Shown: positions 58,644-64,000 of the stretch, piece by piece
Position numbering within the stretch: the stretch's first letter is position 1
How the letters are laid out: each line of letters begins with the position of its first letter
DNA from: Gammaproteobacteria bacterium
Lineage (GTDB): Bacteria; Pseudomonadota; Gammaproteobacteria; GCA-002705445; GCA-002716945
Assembly (NCBI GenBank): GCA_038142325.1
Contig: JAYQJW010000002.1
Coordinates: forward strand, 747,328 to 811,327
Direction: 5' to 3'
Length of the DNA stretch: 64,000 nt
Notes under the pieces: generated by a model
Seen by the model: the letters and a program-made list of their open reading frames with translations, nothing else
Database searches by the model: none
Told to the model about the DNA's origin: nothing
Translations under genes and position numbers: made by a program

Positions 58644-59863
58644 TGTCATTTACTAAAAAAATCATTGTATCAATGATTTTAGGTATTATTTTTGGTGTAC
58701 TTATAAATATGATAGATGTAAGTCAATCTAGTACTCATTCAATTATAATTAATGGTCTCGATCTAGTGTCTCATTTATTTCTCTCGGCACTAAAATTAAT
58801 CATAATACCTCTGATATTCTTCTCTATTGTTTGTGGAATAGTGTCGTTATCTGAAGATGTTTCAATTTCAAGATTAGGAATTAAAACAATATCTTTGTAC
58901 CTAGTTACTACAATCATTGCTATATCACTAGGCTTATTGTTTGCCTCACTAATATCATATGAGCCTGTTCTAGTAACGGATTTAAATAGTGAAATTAATG
59001 TAAAAGATATACAAAGTGAAAATAATTTTTTCCCTAGTAATATTTTTAAATCAATGGTTGATGGAAATATTATTCATTTATTAATTTTTTCAATCTTAAT
59101 TGGAATATCTGCATCAAGAATAAAAGAAAAAATAAAAACCTTCATAAAATATGTTCATGAATTTAATGAGGTTATCAATGAACTTGTTAAGATAATAATA
59201 TCGTTTACTCCATTAGCGGTTTTTTGTATCTTATCAAAAACATTTGCAACGCAAGGTCTAGATACTCTCATGCCTTTAATGGGATATTTTTTGACTGTTG
59301 TTGCCGCACTAATACTTCATTTTTTTATTACATTTTCACTTCTACTGAAAATTTTCACGAGTCTTGATCCATTAATATTTTATCGGAACATTAAAGATGT
59401 TCTGGTGTTTACATTCAGTACATCAAGTAGCAGTGCATCAATCCCATTTACATTGAAGACCGCTAACGAGAAATGTGGTGTAGATACATCAATAAGCACA
59501 TTTAGTATCCCATTAGGTGCAACTATTAATATGGACGGGACTGCTATAATGCAAGGCTGCGCGACTTTCTTTCTTGCAAGCTTGTATGGTATTGATCTTG
59601 GTATAAATGAAATACTTATTATCGTAATAACTGCAACAATTGCATCAATTGGAACGGCAGGAATTCCAAGCGCTGGAATAATAATGCTTACAGTGATTTT
59701 TACTCAAATTGGTATACCTCTAGAAGGTATTACGCTTCTGCTAGGGGTAGACAGGCTTTTGGATATGATGAGAACATCGGTTAACGTAAGCGGAGATCTA
59801 TGTATAAGCTGTATAGTAGCTTCATCAGAAGATAAATTAGATCATAATACTTTTAAGTCTTAA
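58643..59863 (+). CDS. Dicarboxylate/amino acid:cation symporter (DAACS/GltP family)
   Basis: FSTSSSSASIP, PLGATINMDG, DRLLDMMRTSVNV.GD. Confidence 0.92.
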   Translation: MSFTKKIIVSMILGIIFGVLINMIDVSQSSTHSIIINGLDLVSHLFLSALKLIIIPLIFFSIVCGIVSLSEDVSISRLGIKTISLYLVTTIIAISLGLLFASLISYEPVLVTDLNSEINVKDIQSENNFFPSNIFKSMVDGNIIHLLIFSILIGISASRIKEKIKTFIKYVHEFNEVINELVKIIISFTPLAVFCILSKTFATQGLDTLMPLMGYFLTVVAALILHFFITFSLLLKIFTSLDPLIFYRNIKDVLVFTFSTSSSSASIPFTLKTANEKCGVDTSISTFSIPLGATINMDGTAIMQGCATFFLASLYGIDLGINEILIIVITATIASIGTAGIPSAGIIMLTVIFTQIGIPLEGITLLLGVDRLLDMMRTSVNVSGDLCISCIVASSEDKLDHNTFKS

Positions 59864-59866
59864 TAT

Positions 59867-62800
59867 TTATGACAACGACTTATGTCTCTCTTTGAGATCT
59901 TGAACTCCAAAGTCATCTATGAATTTAATCGCTTTACAAAAAGCTTTAGCACCTGACACGGTAGTCGTTAGAGATATCTTATGATTTTGTGCTTCTTTTC
60001 TAATTGAAAATGAGTCTTTAATAGATCTTGCCCCTTCTGTTGTATTAATAATCAAATGTACTTCATTGTTTTTTATCATATCAACAATGTGTGGGTGTCC
60101 GTCTTTAACTTTATTAATTCTAGTACAATCAACACCTGACTCAATGAGATGATTAAAGGTTCCAGAGGTTGCAAAAATCTTAAACCCCATACTAATTAAT
60201 TCAGATGCAACATCACAAATGGGTTTTTTATCATGATCTCTTACGCTTATAAAAACATTCCCAGTTTTGGGAAGTATCACACCAGCAGCCCTCTGAGCTT
60301 TAAAATATGCCTCGCCAAATGTCTTTCCAAATCCCATAACTTCACCTGTTGATTTCATTTCAGGCCCAAGTAATACATCTACCTCAGGAAACTTACTAAA
60401 TGGAAAAACAGCCTCTTTTACAGAAAAGTAAGTTTCGTTTTTAAGATTAGGTAAGTTTAAATCTTTTATCTTAATTCCAGACATTACTAGAGCTCCTAGT
60501 TTAGCGAGCTGCAGGCCGATTGCTTTTGAGACAAATGGTGCTGTTCTTGATGCTCTTGGATTAGCTTCAAGTAAAAATATTTCATCTCCTTTAATTGCAA
60601 ATTGCGCATTCATTAATCCAACTACATTTAATGCTAAAGCTAAACGAGAAGCCTCTCTCTTAACTGATCAACAGTGCTTTGATTTAAAGTATATGGAGGT
60701 AGTGAGCAACCTGAATCGCCTGAATGAATCCCTGCTTCTTCAATATGCTCCATTATTCCAGCAATATAAACATCTTCTCCATCACATATTAAATCAATAT
60801 CAACTTCGATAGCATCATTCAGAAATTTATCGAGAAGAATCGGAGAGTCATCAGATACATCAACTGCCTCTTTCATATACTTTTCCAGATCTGCAGTATT
60901 CGTAACTATTTCCATGGCCCTACCACCAAGAACATATGAAGGTCTAACAACAATTGGATAACCAATTTTTTCTGCTGAATTCTTTGCTTGCGAAATTGTT
61001 GTTACAGTATCATTAAGCGGCTGTTTAAGCTTTAGAGATTCAATTAGTTGCTTAAATCTCTCCCTATCTTCTGCTAAATCAATGGAGTCTGGAGAGGTAC
61101 CTATTATATTTACTCCACATTTCTCAAGTTCATCTGCAAGTTTAAGTGGTGTTTGTCCACCGTATTGAACAATTACGCCCCACGGTTTTTCTATATCTAT
61201 TACGGACATAACATCTTCTACGGTCAACGGCTCAAAATATAGCCTATCGGAGGTGTCATAATCAGTTGATACAGTTTCAGGATTACAATTGATCATAATT
61301 GTTTCATACCCAGCTTGTCTGAGAGCCATCGATGCATGAACACAACAATAATCAAATTCTATTCCTTGTCCTATTCTATTTGGTCCGCCTCCAAGTATCA
61401 TAACCTTCTTATTGTTCGTTGGATTAGCCTCACAAAAATCAGAATAGGTTGAATACATATATGCAGTAGAAGATTCAAATTCAGCAGCACAAGTGTCGAT
61501 ACGTTTAAAAACAGGATGTATTGATTCATTTTTCCTAAAATTACGTATTTCAATTTCTTTAACTTTAAGTAAATGAGCTAACATTTTGTCAGAAAAACCA
61601 TCTGATTTTAATTTTTTTAGTAGAGGTTTAATTGATACAAGTGACTTACCTTTGATTGTTGTCTCAGAATCAACTATTTCTTTTATTTGGGACAGAAACC
61701 AAATATCTATAAAACATAAATTAAAAATTGATTCCATTGACATTCCTTCTCTAAATGCTTGAGCGATATAAAGTATTCTGTTTGAAGATGGGGTAGAAAT
61801 TTCTTTTACGATTAAATCTTGTCTTTCTTTTGGAGATAGTGACTCATCAAACTTTATTTCTGAAAAACCATCTATACCTATTTCCAAGCCTCTTAATGCT
61901 TTTTGTAAAGATTCTTTGAAATTTCCTCCTATCGCCATTACTTCACCAACGGATTTCATTTGTGTTGTTAAATGAGCATCAGCTTCTTTAAATTTTTCAA
62001 ACGCAAATCGTGGTATTTTTGTAACAATATAGTCTATGGATGGTTCAAAAGATGATGGAATTATGTCTCCTGTAATTTCATTTCTAAGTTCATCAAGCGT
62101 ATAACCAATAGCTAACTTTGCAGCAACTTTTGCAATTGGAAACCCAGTAGCCTTAGATGCTAGAGCTGAAGACCTTGATACTCTTGGATTCATCTCTATT
62201 ACATAAATTTTACCATTGCTTGGATTTACAGCAAATTGGACATTAGAGCCTCCGGTATCTACTCCAATTTTTCTGAGGACTTGGATAGATTGATTTCTTA
62301 GATTTTGATATTCCTTGTCTGTTAAAGTTTGAGCTGGCGCAACAGTGATTGAATCACCCGTATGTACACCCATAGGATCAAAATTTTCAATTGAACAAAT
62401 TATGATGCAGTTATCATTTTTGTCTCTTACTACCTCCATCTCAAATTCTTTCCATCCTATGACAGATTCTTCAAGTAATACTTCACTTGTTGGAGAAAGG
62501 TCTAGCCCTCTTTTTACAATTTTCTCAAAATCTTGTTTATTGTAGGCAATACCTCCTCCAGTTCCACCTAATGTAAAAGACGGTCTTATAATTATTGGAT
62601 ATCCTATATCTTTCTGAATATCTAACGCTTGATTGAAATCTTTAGCAACCTTTGCTCTAGGTGTCTCAAGACCTATGTCATCCATGGCTTGTTTGAATAA
62701 CTCTCTATCTTCAGCCATGTCTATTGAATTTATACTCGCTCCAATAATTCGGACATCATATTTTTGGAGAATTTTATGTCTATTAAGATCAAGTGTAGTA

Positions 62801-63090
62801 TTTAATGCTGTTTGTCCTCCCATAGTTGGTAAAATTGCATCAGGTTTCTCAGCCGCTATAATCTTCTCAATATTTCTCCAGTGGATAGGTTCAATATATA
62901 TTCTGTCTGCCATTTCTGGGTCAGTCATGATAGTTGCCGGGTTTGAATTTACAAGAATTGTTTTGATACCTTCTTCTTTTAGAGCTTTACATGCTTGAAC
63001 TCCTGAATAATCAAATTCACATGCTTGCCCAATTATGATTGGGCCAGCTCCAATCACTAAAACACTTTTGATATCATTATTTTTAGGCAT
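59867..63090 (-). CDS. carB: Carbamoyl-phosphate synthase large subunit; apparent frameshift near 60655
   Basis: [51 protein letters not shown]. Confidence 0.96.
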
Positions 63091-64000
63091 TTCTGTTCGT
63101 CATAGATGTAATAAATTTTTCGAATAAATAATAGATGTCTTGAGGTCCCGGGCTTGCTTCAGGATGTCCTTGAAAACCATAAGCCGGAGAATCCAATAAT
63201 TCGATTCCTTGCAATGAATCATCGAATAGAGACTTATGTGTAATTTTATGATTATCCGTTAATGATGATAGTTCAACAGCAAAACCATGATTTTGACTAG
63301 TAATTGAAACTTTCCTTGTTTCTGTATCAATTACAGGATGATTAGCTCCATGATGACCAAATTTCATTTTGTAGGTCTTAGCACCTGATGCTAAACATAA
63401 TAATTGAAAGCCTAAACATATTCCAAATACTGGTATTTTTGATGAAATAATTTTTTTAATATTTTCAATTGCATAACTACATGCCGAAGGATCTCCAGGG
63501 CCATTGGATAAAAAGATGCCATCGGGGTTTTTATTTTCTAGATCCGCAAAAGGATAATTAGCAGGTAAGACCGTAATGTCACAGCCCAAATCATACAAAA
63601 TTCTCAAAATATTTTTCTTTATTCCAAAATCATATGCGTAAACATGAAACCTCTTTTTAATATTATTTCTTTTTTTATTTAGAATAAGATCATGTGTACC
63701 CTCTTTCCATTCATATGTATTTTGAGTGCTCACAACTTTAGCTAAATCTAAGCCATCTAGACCAGAAAAGTCAGATAATAATTTTTTTGCCTCATCAAGT
63801 TTCTCGATGTTGGGAACAAGGCATCCGTTTAGGGATCCTTTTTTTCTCAAAAGTGATGTCAAATGTCTTGTGTCTACTGAACACAAGGCAGCAATATTTC
63901 TATCACGTAAAAAATCTATTAAACTTTTTTCTTTTCGCCAGCTACTGTCCAGAGTTGGGTAGTTGCGAAGAATGACTCCAGAACATCCATCCTTATCGGA
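63083..64000 (-). CDS. carA: Carbamoyl-phosphate synthase small subunit (5' end outside the window)
   Basis: [33 protein letters not shown]; frame is open to the window edge. Confidence 0.95.
   Translation of the reverse strand, partial: SDKDGCSGVILRNYPTLDSSWRKEKSLIDFLRDRNIAALCSVDTRHLTSLLRKKGSLNGCLVPNIEKLDEAKKLLSDFSGLDGLDLAKVVSTQNTYEWKEGTHDLILNKKRNNIKKRFHVYAYDFGIKKNILRILYDLGCDITVLPANYPFADLENKNPDGIFLSNGPGDPSACSYAIENIKKIISSKIPVFGICLGFQLLCLASGAKTYKMKFGHHGANHPVIDTETRKVSITSQNHGFAVELSSLTDNHKITHKSLFDDSLQGIELLDSPAYGFQGHPEASPGPQDIYYLFEKFITSMTNRNA

Overview
A gene-dense, AT-rich chromosomal segment of a streamlined, probably marine gammaproteobacterium. The evidence for this is very short intergenic spacers, gamma-type gene order and a 14-gene nuo operon with separate NuoC and NuoD. 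Most of the window is core housekeeping: efp-htpX-parCE, xerD-dsbC, moeA, lptFG-pepA-holC-valS, guaBA, xseA, dksA, tRNA-fMet-rimP-nusA-infB-rbfA-truB-rpsO-pnp, nuoA-N, rlmE-ftsH-folP-glmM-tpiA-secG-tRNA-Leu and carAB. About 15 genes, many essential, are broken by 1-2 nt indels in homopolymers or dinucleotide runs, which I read as uncorrected long-read errors rather than pseudogenes. The most interesting locus is 20.6-23.7 kb. A CarH/LitR-like MerR regulator with a degenerate B12-binding domain lies divergent from an unannotated ~73-nt sRNA candidate (promoter TTGACA-N17-TATTGT, C-rich anti-RBS-like core, strong terminator). The shared control region holds several pairs of TnnACA motifs spaced 11 bp apart. 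Next to it is a lexA-dinB operon with an alphaproteobacterial-type GTTC-N7-GTTC SOS box. Other notable items are a NewPHL-type inverted photolyase, a phage/MGME1-like nuclease inserted between ftsH and folP, small membrane peptides (one with a hairpin-sequestered RBS), a tRNA-Leu abutting the secG stop codon, and an atypical initiator tRNA acceptor end. All calls come from reading the sequence by eye; no database searches were run.
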